From the IMG/VR virus record IMGVR_UViG_3300048817_000099: a stretch of DNA of 64,000 nucleotides; one strand, written 5' to 3'. Below are positions 21,487 through 32,208 of this stretch, in pieces. Positions within the stretch are counted from its first letter, which is position 1; each line of letters starts with the position of its first letter. Source of the stretch: an uncultured virus (IMG/VR IMGVR_UViG_3300048817_000099) (taxonomy: Duplodnaviria > Heunggongvirae > Uroviricota > Caudoviricetes). A model generated the notes under the pieces. It made no database searches and had not been told where the DNA came from. It saw nothing but the letters and a program-made list of their open reading frames with translations. The position numbers and the translations under genes were made by a program.

Positions 21487-21882
21487 ATGCCTGGAGCCGA
21501 AGATGCCGCCGCCGAACTTCTGGCGCTGTTCAACGCCAAGGGAGCCGTCAACGTACTCAACCAGCTCGGCACGATCACCTCTACCACGGTGACCAATGTG
21601 CTGCCGGACCCCACGGTGGCTGCCTACACCGAGTGCACGCTGTCCGGCGCCGGTATCCCCTTCCAACTTCCTGCACCGAGCCAGGGCAAGACCTTCCGTC
21701 TCCAGTTGGTACAGGACACGACGGGTAGCCGGACGGCAGTGTTCACGACCTCGGCGGGTGCCCTGACGTGGGTGGGTGGCACGCCGACTCTGACCACCAC
21801 GGGTGGTCGGTCCGACATTCTGAGCTTTGAGTCGTATGACGGGATCAATTTCGTGGGGTCGGCTTCGCTCAACGTCCACTGA
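21487..21882 (+). CDS. Tail-fibre-type small domain protein
   Basis: LQLVQDTTGSRT...PTLTTTGGRSDILSF pattern typical of tail-fibre C-terminal modules. Confidence 0.55.
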   Translation: MPGAEDAAAELLALFNAKGAVNVLNQLGTITSTTVTNVLPDPTVAAYTECTLSGAGIPFQLPAPSQGKTFRLQLVQDTTGSRTAVFTTSAGALTWVGGTPTLTTTGGRSDILSFESYDGINFVGSASLNVH

Positions 21883-21990
21883 GAATTCCACCCCGGCATC
21901 GAACCGGGACAGCTACAACACACAGAGAAGCTGGTCGGTTCTGAGGCAGGTACCCCTCGGGACCGGCCAGCGCCGCGTACGCTTTGGCCC

Positions 21991-24855
21991 GTGACCATCT
22001 TCTACCCGCCGCACCCCGCGTTCCCCGCTGAACGATGGGTCCGAGGCGGTGCCAGTCCCGACGAACTCGTCTACCTCGAGTCGGCCTACGACGACACGCT
22101 CCCTGCCTGGCCTTACCCAGGGTCTCAGTTCGACGATGTCGACATCCTCAGCTCGGTGTCGGACCAGGACATCGCCACTGCCTTGGCCTATATGCGGCAA
22201 ACCGGCGTCTATACCGTTTACCGACTCCCCCCGTGGTACAACCCTCCGCCTCCACCGCCGCCTTCGGTATCCGTCACCACAGCCACTATCCCCGGCGGTG
22301 TCGTGGGCGTCCCCTACTCCGTCCAGTTCACCGCTCAGGGAGGTACGACCCCCTACGTCTGGACGGTCAACGGCGGCAGCCTTCCGGCCGGTCTGACGCT
22401 CAGTTCCTCCGGTCTGCTTTCGGGGACCCCGACCACGGCTGGAGCTTCACTGTTCGGCATTCACGCCACCGACTCGTCCATGCCGCCACTGGTCGGGGTG
22501 GACCTGTTCGCCATCGTGGTGCAGGCGGCGGTACCCGTCATCACGATAACGACAGGCAGCACGCTCCCCGGCGGGACGGTAGGAGTCCACTACAGCGTGA
22601 CCTGCACGGCCACCGGCGGGACACCCCCGTACTCATGGACGGTCAGTGCCGGGTCGCTGCCTGCGGGCCTGACACTTCACCGGACCACCGGGGTGTTGAG
22701 CGGCACGCCGACTGCCACCGGCACATCGTCGTTCACCCTCATGGCCACTGACTCCACGTTGCCTACGGCTCTTACCGCTACCGCCTCGGTGTCCCTCACC
22801 ATCACCCCGGCGGCAACCCTGGTCATCACCACCGCCAGCCTGCCCACGGGCACAGTCGGGACGGCGTACAGCAAACAACTGGCGGCGACCGGGGGGACGA
22901 CGCCCTACACCTGGTCGGTGATATCCGGCACGTTGCCCGCCGGTCTCACGCTCAGTTCGTCCGGTCTGCTCTCAGGCACTCCGTCAGCCGTCTACTCGGC
23001 CTCTGTCACCATCCAGGCCACCGACAGTTCCGGCACGCCCCTGGTCACCTCTGCGGTGTTCCCCATGGTCATCCAGGCCGCCCTGGCGGTCACCACGGGC
23101 AACCTGCCAGTCGGTACGGTCGGGACGCCCTACACCTACCAGTTGCAGGCCACCGGGGGCAGCCCGCCCTACACCTGGGCCCTGACTATCGGAACACTTC
23201 CACCTGGCCTGACGGTCAGCACGTCCGGTCTCATCTCGGGTACACCCACGGCGGCGGCTTATCTCATCTTCACGGTCGAGGTCACCGACTCGGTGGGCGG
23301 CACCAACAGCGCCCCGTTCCTCATGGCCATCCATACGGGCAACACGCCACCGCCGAACACCGTCTACGGCATCAAGGGGACCGACCCAGCTGTCCAGATT
23401 GCCGCCATGGCCTCGGGCTGGACCTGGGACGGCCAGGGAGGGGACTACACCACCGCCGGCATCGTGGTCACCCAGCCGGCCACCATTCAGAACTTCGGCG
23501 ACATGCACCTCATCGGGTGGCGCATGTTGGCCACGCCCGCCTCGGTGACCCAACCCCAGTCGGGGAATCCGAACCCCACGGCCACCATGACCTTCACCAC
23601 CCTGCCGACCGACGCCAACGGCAACCCGGTCACGGTCGGGATGTCGGTGGACGGCCCGGGCCTCAACCCCGTGGTCACCGTCTCGGCCATCACTGGCAGC
23701 GGACCCTACGTGCTCACCCTGGTGCAGGGGCGCGCCGGCAACATCAACAGCCTCTCGGTGGCCCAGTACACGTTCTTCACCCAGATGGTGCCGATAATCG
23801 AACTGTTGACCACCAACGATGTCAACATCTTCGGAGGCAGTCTGTCGAGCACCTACCCCGACGACGGAAACTCTTACGTCGAGATGCAGGGGGGTCTCGG
23901 CATCAGCGTCAAGTCCTGTACCGACGTGACCATCGGCACGGCTGAGATCCCCATCACCACGTTCAGCACCTGGTCCGACGGGCTCGACGTCGGCTCTGCC
24001 GGTCAAGGCGGCACGTCCAGCGGCATCACTGCCTACATGAACATCACCAACACCGGGCGGGAGGGCCACTCGGTGTGGAACTGCACCGACTCGGAGTTCT
24101 ACATCACCGTGACCAATCCCGCCGAGGACTTCCTGTCCAACGAGTCCGACACCCCCGGCGTCGGCTGCGGGAACTGCACCTGGTACGAACCGACTGTGCT
24201 AGGTGTCAGCGAGTCGTTTATCAACTTCATCTCGGCGATAACCGGTCCGTGCCAGTTCATCAACCCGAACGGCCAGGGTCGGTGGAACTACGTCGACCCC
24301 ATCGGCGAGTTCACCACCACCATCACCGGAGGTGACATCCAACTACCGTCGCACCAAGGGTCCACCGCCGGCATCGACCAGAACGGGGGCACGCTCGTCT
24401 TCGACGATGTCATCATCGGCCGGTTCGGGACGCCGGTGAACCTCGACTGCTGGTCGGTCGATTCATTCAGCAAGGCGGTCAAGGTCTGCACGACCACGCA
24501 GGTCATCCCCGACATCACCGCCATCTCGGGCAATCTGTCGGTCAACAAAATCTCCAGCCCAGACCTGAGCGCGGCGGGGGGCCAGGTCAGCCTGGCCACA
24601 TCGCTCGGCACCGCCTATCTCAATTACACGGGCCTGGTCGGGCACAACCCGAGCACCTACGCCCTGGTCGGTGTCTCGTGGGTGACGACGGTGGAGAATC
24701 CCGACTCGGTGGGCGGCTCGGTCAACGTGCAAGGCACCGTGACCTCCATCTACGTGACCAATGCCCCGGCGGGTGCCAGCCTGACGCTGCACGGCTGCAC
24801 CATCACCGACCCAGGTGGTACTCACGACTCGCTGAGCACGGTGACCATCTCCTAG
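21991..24855 (+). CDS. Large virion/surface protein with tandem putative Ig repeats and a possible beta-helix domain
   Basis: Four repeats of LP.GTVG.PY...ATGG.PPY.W...G.LPAGLTLS.SG.LSGTPT. Confidence 0.75.
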   Translation: MTIFYPPHPAFPAERWVRGGASPDELVYLESAYDDTLPAWPYPGSQFDDVDILSSVSDQDIATALAYMRQTGVYTVYRLPPWYNPPPPPPPSVSVTTATIPGGVVGVPYSVQFTAQGGTTPYVWTVNGGSLPAGLTLSSSGLLSGTPTTAGASLFGIHATDSSMPPLVGVDLFAIVVQAAVPVITITTGSTLPGGTVGVHYSVTCTATGGTPPYSWTVSAGSLPAGLTLHRTTGVLSGTPTATGTSSFTLMATDSTLPTALTATASVSLTITPAATLVITTASLPTGTVGTAYSKQLAATGGTTPYTWSVISGTLPAGLTLSSSGLLSGTPSAVYSASVTIQATDSSGTPLVTSAVFPMVIQAALAVTTGNLPVGTVGTPYTYQLQATGGSPPYTWALTIGTLPPGLTVSTSGLISGTPTAAAYLIFTVEVTDSVGGTNSAPFLMAIHTGNTPPPNTVYGIKGTDPAVQIAAMASGWTWDGQGGDYTTAGIVVTQPATIQNFGDMHLIGWRMLATPASVTQPQSGNPNPTATMTFTTLPTDANGNPVTVGMSVDGPGLNPVVTVSAITGSGPYVLTLVQGRAGNINSLSVAQYTFFTQMVPIIELLTTNDVNIFGGSLSSTYPDDGNSYVEMQGGLGISVKSCTDVTIGTAEIPITTFSTWSDGLDVGSAGQGGTSSGITAYMNITNTGREGHSVWNCTDSEFYITVTNPAEDFLSNESDTPGVGCGNCTWYEPTVLGVSESFINFISAITGPCQFINPNGQGRWNYVDPIGEFTTTITGGDIQLPSHQGSTAGIDQNGGTLVFDDVIIGRFGTPVNLDCWSVDSFSKAVKVCTTTQVIPDITAISGNLSVNKISSPDLSAAGGQVSLATSLGTAYLNYTGLVGHNPSTYALVGVSWVTTVENPDSVGGSVNVQGTVTSIYVTNAPAGASLTLHGCTITDPGGTHDSLSTVTIS

Positions 24856-24880
24856 TTGCGGTCGCGCTAACGTTTGCCGA

Positions 24881-25198
24881 ATGGAACCCACCACCGCCCC
24901 ATCCGAACAAGGCGTCGCCGACTACGACGGGCCTCAACTGGTCCGCGAGACCCGCGGCATCCGAGAGCAGGCCGACCGGCTCCTAAACCTGACCGGTCGC
25001 ATACGCGAGCAGCTCGACCAGCTGGCCAAGTCTCTGGACCCCGTGCTTTCCCCGATGGACGTGCCGGGGCTCAAAGCCGAAGATAGCCCACGCGGGCGGC
25101 CCTTCTCGGCGGTCGCTGCCGAGGCATCTGACCGATGCGATGAACTCGACCTCATCAGTGCCCGCATCGGCAATCTGGTCGCTCAGGTGGACGTATGA
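24881..25198 (+). CDS. Hypothetical protein (leaderless)
   Basis: ATG 7 nt after the TAACGT of the motif copy at 24865. Confidence 0.6.
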   Translation: MEPTTAPSEQGVADYDGPQLVRETRGIREQADRLLNLTGRIREQLDQLAKSLDPVLSPMDVPGLKAEDSPRGRPFSAVAAEASDRCDELDLISARIGNLVAQVDV

Positions 25199-25605
25199 CC
25201 GCCCAACACATCACGCTCGACGAGGTCAGCGACGCTCAGTGGATTGACATGGGCAACTTCGAGGTCCAGGTGACCAAGGAGAGTTCCAACGGCCAATCCC
25301 GTGTCATCTGGGAGGGCTGGGCCATGGGCTGGCAGGAGACGCCGACCAAGTCCCTCGTCGTCCAGGGCCGCTACGTTGCCGACCCCGAGCACGCCTTCGC
25401 CTTCATCGCCGCCCAGTTCGCTGAGGGATGCTGGGACAACGTCGTCCAGCTGGCGGTGTGCTTCGACATCGAAGCCATGGAGCGGGCCCAGGAACAGGCC
25501 GCCGAACAGGCTGCCGCCGAAGAGGCCCGGGCCGCCCTGCTCGGCAACCCGAACGGCGCCGGTCCCAACCGTGCCCAACGCCGGGCGATGCCTCCGCCCC
25601 GATAA
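25195..25605 (+). CDS. Hypothetical protein
   Basis: ATGA-coupled ORF, 136 aa. Confidence 0.6.
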   Translation: MTAQHITLDEVSDAQWIDMGNFEVQVTKESSNGQSRVIWEGWAMGWQETPTKSLVVQGRYVADPEHAFAFIAAQFAEGCWDNVVQLAVCFDIEAMERAQEQAAEQAAAEEARAALLGNPNGAGPNRAQRRAMPPPR

Positions 25606-25616
25606 CCTTCCTGGTC

Positions 25617-26393
25617 ATGGCTCTGTCTCCGCCGCTCCCCGACTTCTCGTCCATCCCCCCTCGGAAGCCCAAACTGGAGAACCTGAGCAAGCGGGAGCGG
25701 GACAACCGGAAACAGGCGGCGCTCAAGACTCGGCTCACCCAGCGCCTCGTAGACGACCTGTGTGCCGCCATACGGTCCGGAGCGCCCCTGGAGCTCTGCT
25801 ACGCCCACGCCGGCATCTCACGGCAGCAGGTGGCCTTCTGGAGCCGTCTGGCGGCAGAGGCCGAAGGGAAGAAGTGGAACGACCGGAGCCAGCTCGAGCG
25901 CCGCTGTGTGGCCATGAAACGGGCCGTGCGCCAGGCTGAGGGCGAAGCCGGCCTCCGCATCCACGGCACCATCGCCCAGGCCGCCGGGCTGACCAGGGAG
26001 CGGCCCAAGCAGACCGAGACCAAGGTCAAAATCATCGGCGGCACGGTCAAGCCCGACGGGACGATTGAGGGCGGCCGGGTGGTCGAGTCCCATATCACCA
26101 CGAAGGAACTGGCCCCCGACTGGCACGCGGCCCAGACCTTGGGCAAGAACCGATTCCCCGACGCCTTCGGCGCCCCAGTCATCGAACTGGTGGACGAGTC
26201 CCCCGGCGGCCCAGAAATCACCGGGCAATTCGTCTACGATCTTCTGCAGCGGACCAAGCAGGCCCGAGCCGCAGCGGGGGTGGACGATTCGGACGTGTTG
26301 GGGCCTGGGGTAATTGAGGCCACGGCCACGTCGGAACTGCAGGTAGAGACGCCTGTCGTGGAGAACGAAGACACGGACGACGACTCGCGCTAA
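25617..26393 (+). CDS. Terminase small subunit-like protein
   Basis: AAIRSGAPLELCYAHAGIS HTH...AVRQAE...DWHAA...RFP pattern; TAACCT 7 nt upstream of ATG. Confidence 0.55.
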   Translation: MALSPPLPDFSSIPPRKPKLENLSKRERDNRKQAALKTRLTQRLVDDLCAAIRSGAPLELCYAHAGISRQQVAFWSRLAAEAEGKKWNDRSQLERRCVAMKRAVRQAEGEAGLRIHGTIAQAAGLTRERPKQTETKVKIIGGTVKPDGTIEGGRVVESHITTKELAPDWHAAQTLGKNRFPDAFGAPVIELVDESPGGPEITGQFVYDLLQRTKQARAAAGVDDSDVLGPGVIEATATSELQVETPVVENEDTDDDSR

Positions 26394-26404
26394 CGTTTAC
26401 GAAC

Positions 26405-26557
26405 GTGACTCCTGAGGACCAGCTACGTAAACGAATGTCGAGAGAATGCGACTTTTGTGGCAACATCCCGGCCCCGTTGGAATATCACGTATCGAATCGC
26501 AAGGTCCCGATTCATCTGTGTCGAGTGTGCGCCGCGTGGGCTGAGGCCCAGCGATGA
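26405..26557 (+). CDS. Small zinc-finger protein (not in ORF track)
   Basis: Hand translation VTPEDQLRKRMSRECDFCG...LCRVCAAW; GTG 8 nt after the motif TAACGT. Confidence 0.55.
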   Translation: MTPEDQLRKRMSRECDFCGNIPAPLEYHVSNRKVPIHLCRVCAAWAEAQR

Positions 26558-27147
26558 CCAAGGGTCGCGTCGGCGGATCAATGGGCGGAAGCATTGAGCA
26601 CATTCGTCGTCGGAAGTGTCGACACAAGTGGTCGGAGTGGGCGAAGGCGGGAATTCTCGACTCCACGTTGAGACGAAAGTGCAGCGCTTGCGGTCGAATC
26701 CAAACTCGTAAGCCGACCCCTAAAGCTTTACCTACTGACTGACCGCGCTCTCGTCGTTCGCCCTGTCTCTCCCCCCTTCGCTTTGGTGAAGGCTCAGAGG
26801 CAGAGTCCTTCCCCTGACTGCGGGAAAGGGGATTTCGCTTCGGCGTTAGGACGTCAACGTCACCCTCACGGTCGGGAAGTGTGGCCGGGAATGCCAAAAT
26901 CTGCTCCTCCGCCCGGACGCGCCTTGACCGGAGGATTCCCGATGCCACTCGGGGCGGGGTTTTTGCTCCCTGGTGCCGTTGGCTTTGAAGGGCTCCAACG
27001 TTCCCTTGTGGATCCGTCTCGGGGATCAGGCGACTGTGGGCTACAGTGGCTATAGGTCGTTTTGGCAATGACCAACTTAGTGAACCCGGCTGGTCCCTTC
27101 GGGGATAGGCCGGGTTTGCTATGTCCGAATGCGCTAACGTTTACGAC

Positions 27148-27366
27148 ATGGCAGAGGACGGCGACACTCGCTACGGCTTTCAATGGGGACCAGTGGCAGT
27201 GGAACGGCTGGCGTCGATAAAGGATGGACGAGGCGAACGGCGTCGAGTGCTCGGCATTTACATAGGAGACAGTGACAATCCTCATCGGAAGCAGGCGCTC
27301 GAAATCTACGTGTCGCCGTCTGGACGCTCGGTGCGGGTGTGGCGGGATGGGAAGGAACTGAAGTGA
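27148..27366 (+). CDS. Hypothetical protein (leaderless)
   Basis: ATG 7 nt after the motif TAACGT. Confidence 0.6.
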   Translation: MAEDGDTRYGFQWGPVAVERLASIKDGRGERRRVLGIYIGDSDNPHRKQALEIYVSPSGRSVRVWRDGKELK

Positions 27367-27576
27367 CCGTCGACAAGTCGCTGTGGGTCCACCTGGCCGA
27401 GGACCACGACCTCCCGCAGCGCTGGCTCGACGGGAAGCGCTTCCCCGAAGCCCTCATCCGCCACGACGCCGACCATGCCACCGGAGAGGCCGGACACACC
27501 CACGAAGAGGCACCCTTCACACCGGATCCCGAGACGCGCTAACGTTTACGAAGTCAACCAGCGACAGGAGAGAGCG

Positions 27577-28053
27577 ATGACTGTTCAAATGCAGACTTGG
27601 GAGAACGATGTCGGGCAGAGGGTGCGCACCGAGCACCCCGGCGAATGGTCGACCGAACCCGACAAAGGTCATTGGATTGACGAGACCACCGACCTGGATT
27701 GTCTGATTGTCCGTAATCGGATGGGGGCGCTGTGCGGGTATGTGGGAGTGCCGACCGGCCATCCGTGGCACGGCATCGACTATAACAACATCGAGCCGTA
27801 TCCGGACGTGAACGGGGGACTCACCTTCTCTGACTTTTGCTTCAAGGACCAACCGGAGAACAAGGGCGTCTGTCATGTTCCGGCATCTGGTCGTGACCCG
27901 GATGTGTGGTGGCTTGGCTTCGGTTGTGCCCACGCGCACGATGTCGTTCCGAGCATGGATGAGGTGGAGTGGTTCGACGCCAGCTATAAGAACTGGGCAT
28001 TCGTTACTCGGGAGTGCGAGCGATTGGCTGAAGAGATCAAGGCGGCGGTGTGA
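27577..28053 (+). CDS. Conserved phage hypothetical protein
   Basis: LCGYVGVP..HPWHG, VNGGLTF, WWLGF; RBS aggaga. Confidence 0.7.
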   Translation: MTVQMQTWENDVGQRVRTEHPGEWSTEPDKGHWIDETTDLDCLIVRNRMGALCGYVGVPTGHPWHGIDYNNIEPYPDVNGGLTFSDFCFKDQPENKGVCHVPASGRDPDVWWLGFGCAHAHDVVPSMDEVEWFDASYKNWAFVTRECERLAEEIKAAV

Positions 28054-28407
28054 GCAGGGCCACCCTCGTCCTCATCGGCGCCCTACTGGGCTACACCACG
28101 GCCTCCCTCTTCGAGCACTACGGGCTGGCCAAGTTCCTCCTCGGCATCATCCTGTTGGTCCTCGTCGTCCCGTTGGCGGCGTTCGTGTCCGCGCTGTACG
28201 TGGGCGTGTCGAAGACGGTTCGGGAGTCTCGGGCAGCGAAGGAACCGAAGACGTGAGGCCTCCGTTCATGGCTCGTCTGCGCCAGGCCTGGTGCGTCCTC
28301 TTTGAGCACAAGATGCGTTGGACGCCGCTCGCCGGGTCTCCCGGCTCCGAGCAGTTGAGTTGTAAACGATGCGGCGAGTTGGTCCGGTTCCGGCGGATCG
28401 GGGACGA

Positions 28408-28728
28408 GTGAGTCCGAAACGCATCCAACTCAAGCGCACGAAGGGCTGGCGGAAGCCCGAAGGTGCAATCTCGGTGGCACGTCCCACTCGGTGGGGTAAC
28501 CCGTTCAAGGTGGGCGAACGGCATCCGGTGTTCGGTTGGAAGATGAACGCCGAGGAGTGCGTGTACTACTACCGGGCGTTGGTCGACCGTCACCCGTTGC
28601 TCATGCAGGTGATGGACGGCAGTCTCACGGGCCACGACCTCGCCTGTTGGTGCCCACTTTCACAGCCGTGCCACGCCGATTTGTTGCTTGAGCTTTGTAA
28701 CCCTCCGTCGACGGAGCCGAAGGTCTAA
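28408..28728 (+). CDS. DUF4326 family protein
   Basis: RIQLKRTKGW, RPTRWGNPF, LACWCP...CHADLL. Confidence 0.88.
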   Translation: MSPKRIQLKRTKGWRKPEGAISVARPTRWGNPFKVGERHPVFGWKMNAEECVYYYRALVDRHPLLMQVMDGSLTGHDLACWCPLSQPCHADLLLELCNPPSTEPKV

Positions 28729-28920
28729 CGTGTACGCCGACCCCCGAGGAGCTGCCTGACGAAGCACTCACCATTTAGGGACTGCAACATCACCCCACAG
28801 CGTACGGACCTAAACCCCCAGGGTCGTTAAGCCTTCCCGCTGACGATTCGGCGCCTTGAATGGGCCAGGTGATGCCCAACCAGAACTAGGCGAAAGCCGA
28901 ATCACGGAAGGCCATCACCC

Positions 28921-29580
28921 ATGAGAGCCAGACTTGCTGTTACCGCCGTATTCACCCTTGTCACCATCGGAGCGCTATGCCAGACCTCACCATCACAGTC
29001 AGCGAAGAGCTCGCCACCCGCATCCAGGACTACTCGGCTGAGTTCCCTCACGCTGACCGCATCATCCACGACCTGGCGACAACCATTCGACTTGCTCGCA
29101 TGGCGACCCCTTCGCCCCTCTACTGCACGGCCTGCGGTCACCGGAACCCCGGTCACTACCCCAACTGCCCCGCCGACTACGACGACAACGCCGCCATCCT
29201 CCACCGCGACAACGACGCCATCGTCGCCCCCGGAAACGGCACCGGTCACCACGTCCACGGTCCCACCTGCGACGCCCCCTGTTTCGTCCCCACCCAGTGA
29301 GGGCGTCACTGCCGAGGAGTACGCCGAGTGGCTTGCTATACAAAATTGCGAGGAAGGTCCCGGCACGACAGGTTGGGCCACTGCAGGTAGCGAGTATGAA
29401 GGCGGACTCGGTTTTCTCTATCAGACGTGGGACCAGTACAACGTCTACGGGTACCCGGCCGACGCCGCTGACGCCACTCCAGCCGAGCAGATTCAGGTGG
29501 CTCAGAACGTGGCCGACCATCTGCTCGGTGGCGAGGTTCCCTACGCGGCTCCGGACTGCGTTGGCTATCGGGGTTGGTAG
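28921..29580 (+). CDS. Secreted Rpf-like transglycosylase
   Basis: Signal peptide, P/T linker, WLAIQNCE...GGLGF...TW...ATPAEQIQVA. Confidence 0.8.
   Translation: MRARLAVTAVFTLVTIGALCQTSPSQSAKSSPPASRTTRLSSLTLTASSTTWRQPFDLLAWRPLRPSTARPAVTGTPVTTPTAPPTTTTTPPSSTATTTPSSPPETAPVTTSTVPPATPPVSSPPSEGVTAEEYAEWLAIQNCEEGPGTTGWATAGSEYEGGLGFLYQTWDQYNVYGYPADAADATPAEQIQVAQNVADHLLGGEVPYAAPDCVGYRGW
28977..29300 (+). CDS. Candidate overprinted ORF inside the Rpf gene
   Basis: GGAG upstream of ATG; globular-looking sequence with CTACGH...H..C. Confidence 0.45.
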   Translation: MPDLTITVSEELATRIQDYSAEFPHADRIIHDLATTIRLARMATPSPLYCTACGHRNPGHYPNCPADYDDNAAILHRDNDAIVAPGNGTGHHVHGPTCDAPCFVPTQ

Positions 29581-29648
29581 TAGGATTGGGCGAAGGGCCG
29601 GGCGGTGTGGCAACACCCCCGGCATGGCCAGACCCCAGGAGGTCCGAC

Positions 29649-30359
29649 ATGCCAAAGGGTACTTGTTCTGAGCGTCGTTGTTTGAACCGTGTTTATGCTC
29701 GGACTTGGTGCGCAAAGCACTATCGGAAGCGATGGGCCGACAAGGCGACCTGGACCACGGTGCTCATCAAGGGTGACGATGAACGTCGTTTCTGGTCGAA
29801 GGTTGAAAAGTCCAAGGGTTGTTGGCTCTGGACCGGGACAATCAGTGTCTACGGCTATAGAAGGTTTTCCTTTACGGTAGATGGGAAACGGCGCGAGACG
29901 TCGGCCCATCGATGGTCATATGAGCACCTAGTGGGTCCCATTCCTGATGGCCTGCACATCGATCATCTATGCCGCGTCCGTAACTGCGTTCGTCCAACTC
30001 ATCTAGAAGCAGTTACATGCCGGACCAATGTTCTCCGAGGCGTGGCTCCGCCAGCTCAAAACTACCTTGCCACTCACTGCAAGCACGGCCATCCGTTTGA
30101 CGATAAAAACACGTATATCCGGCCCAATGGGAATAGAGGATGCGTTACTTGTCGGAGATTGGCCAGCGAACGCCACCAACGTAAAATCGGAGTAAAGCCA
30201 ATGACCAGATTGACGTTTGCCAGCTGTCCTGTTTGTGGCGAGCGATTCAAGGTGAGATTGATATCCAATGGGGTCGGTCCTCAACGGACATGTTCTCGAA
30301 CGTGTGGCCAGAGACTTCGATTCGCCAAAACCATGCACGAACCTCTGCCGGTGCGCTAA
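29649..30359 (+). CDS. Free-standing HNH homing endonuclease
   Basis: RFWSKV, CWLWTG, AHRWSY, DHLCRVRNCVRPTHL, THCKHGH; more AT-rich than flanks. Confidence 0.9.
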   Translation: MPKGTCSERRCLNRVYARTWCAKHYRKRWADKATWTTVLIKGDDERRFWSKVEKSKGCWLWTGTISVYGYRRFSFTVDGKRRETSAHRWSYEHLVGPIPDGLHIDHLCRVRNCVRPTHLEAVTCRTNVLRGVAPPAQNYLATHCKHGHPFDDKNTYIRPNGNRGCVTCRRLASERHQRKIGVKPMTRLTFASCPVCGERFKVRLISNGVGPQRTCSRTCGQRLRFAKTMHEPLPVR

Positions 30360-30369
30360 CGTTTACGGC

Positions 30370-30624
30370 ATGCCGACTACGTCACCCTTCGAGACCATGA
30401 CCGCTCGAGTCCCAGCCGAGCAGGCCCAGCAAGCTCGCAAGGACGCCAAGCGCCTCCGCATGACCCCCTCCGAGTACGTCCGGGCCGCCATTCTGCGCCA
30501 GGTGGCGAACCCACTGACCCCGGCCGAGGCCGAGTCGTTCAAGGGGATGCGGCAGTCGAAACTCGACAACGGAGCGAACGGGAAAGCGGCGGACACGGGG
30601 AGGGCGAAGGTGAAGCGGCGGTGA
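30370..30624 (+). CDS. Ribbon-helix-helix-like regulator (leaderless)
   Basis: TMTARVP...MTPSEYVRAAI; ATG 7 nt after the motif TAACGT. Confidence 0.6.
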   Translation: MPTTSPFETMTARVPAEQAQQARKDAKRLRMTPSEYVRAAILRQVANPLTPAEAESFKGMRQSKLDNGANGKAADTGRAKVKRR

Positions 30625-30747
30625 GCGATGAGTCGGAGCTTGAGTTCTGGGAAGACGTAGTTATTCCTGCCCGAGTTGACGCAGTACTCGCTGATCTGAA
30701 CGCCAGTCCGCTTCTGCCAGAGGGATGCCGATTTGAGTACGCCGAAG

Positions 30748-31143
30748 TTACGGAGTCGGACGTTGACTGACGACGGACTGAGTCGCGCCAGCAGCATCAA
30801 AGTGGACGACATAGAGCCAAGGGGGCAAGTTGCCCGCCACCAGTTGCTCTGTGACCTGATAGGCGGTACCCACGGGCACCGTGGTCGGGTCGTTATTCGC
30901 CAGCAGAACCAACGGTGTGTACGGGCCGCCACCGACCGGGTTGGCCAGGAGCTGCCCGTTGTTCACCGCCCCCACGATGGGGAGCGGGACGGCGGTCTCG
31001 CCGGTCACCGAGTCTTCGATGGAGACGGGCTGGCCGTCCAACATCAGGACGAAGGTCAAAGCTCCGGTGGCGACCGAGCCATCCGGGTTGACTACGGGGG
31101 AGTCGTTCTCGCCCCACGTAATAGTAATTGGGGTCAGTGCCAC
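30748..31143 (-). CDS. Inverted virion-type protein, paralogous to the N-terminus of the 44714 protein
   Basis: LLANNDPTTVPVGTAYQVTEQL vs LYANNDTGTTPQNQGYLVQEYL. Confidence 0.65.
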   Translation of the reverse strand: MALTPITITWGENDSPVVNPDGSVATGALTFVLMLDGQPVSIEDSVTGETAVPLPIVGAVNNGQLLANPVGGGPYTPLVLLANNDPTTVPVGTAYQVTEQLVAGNLPPWLYVVHFDAAGATQSVVSQRPTP

Positions 31144-31174
31144 GGGGGAATCGTACAGTGAGGCGGACTCACGA

Positions 31175-31654
31175 GTGAGATACCGCAAGACCGAACCCCC
31201 CGTCGACGCCCGTCAGTGGCAAGGCCCCCACGGCGACCTGACCGTCTCCGAGCTGCTCGACTGGGGCGCCCCCATCATCCAAGACCCGACCGGCGACGGT
31301 ATGGGACTGACACTCACCGCGGGCGGCTACTCGTTCCACGTGCGCAAGGGGGACTGGGTCGTCCGGCACGAATCGGGAGGGTGGGAGACGTTCACCGATG
31401 TCGAGTTCCGCCGCCTGTACGCCGAGGCCCCCGAGGACGGGGAGACCGACTCCGACCCGTTACCCGGTTTTGAGCAGTTTCTCGGCCAACGCGTCGGCTT
31501 CCGCCGTCAGGTCGCAGGCGAGTGGCAGTGGCGCTCGGGCCGGCTGACGAGGGCAGAGGCGCGGGAGTCCGGCTGGTCCGCCTTGTACGAACTGCAGGTG
31601 CCGGAAGCCGAACAGATTGTCGACAGGTGCCGAGCCGACCGGGACGAGCCGTGA
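31175..31654 (+). CDS. Phage protein (YRK..VDA.QW / GDWVV family)
   Basis: RYRK...ARQW...VRKGDWVV...F...Y. Confidence 0.6.
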   Translation: MRYRKTEPPVDARQWQGPHGDLTVSELLDWGAPIIQDPTGDGMGLTLTAGGYSFHVRKGDWVVRHESGGWETFTDVEFRRLYAEAPEDGETDSDPLPGFEQFLGQRVGFRRQVAGEWQWRSGRLTRAEARESGWSALYELQVPEAEQIVDRCRADRDEP

Positions 31655-32208
31655 CCGCCGTCCGCCAAGCCACCGCCCACCCCACCGCCGTCTTCCATGC
31701 CACCCGGCTTGAGGACGGCGAAGAGGCGCTGATACTGACGACGCCTATCGACCTCAAAGAGAACCCGTCGATGATTGCGTTGGCGTTCCCGTGGCGAGTT
31801 GAGGGACCGGGGAGTCGTCCGAAGTTCGAACCTCACGTAGAGACCGCCTTTGACCAGTGGAAGAAAGGGCGGCGACAGTGGTGAAACAGCCCTGGGCCTT
31901 TGACCCCCCGACCATCCGCTGCCGCCTCGGCTTCCACGACTGGGAGCAGAGCCGCAACGGGTCGAAACGGTGCAAACGACCGAACTGCGTGGCCGACCGG
32001 CTGGCCAACGTGCCCGAGTTGGAGCCGTTCATCCCGCCAGTGGCCGAGGGATGCGACTACTGGGTGACCTGCACCCGCCACGATGGCAAGATTCTGTACG
32101 AGGGCCCGGTCCCCATCCCCGAGGGGCTGGACACGCTGAGCACGGACGACCTGCGGAACCAACGGTGGAACACGTATGAATTCACGCCGGTCGAGCTGGA
32201 GGACGCAG

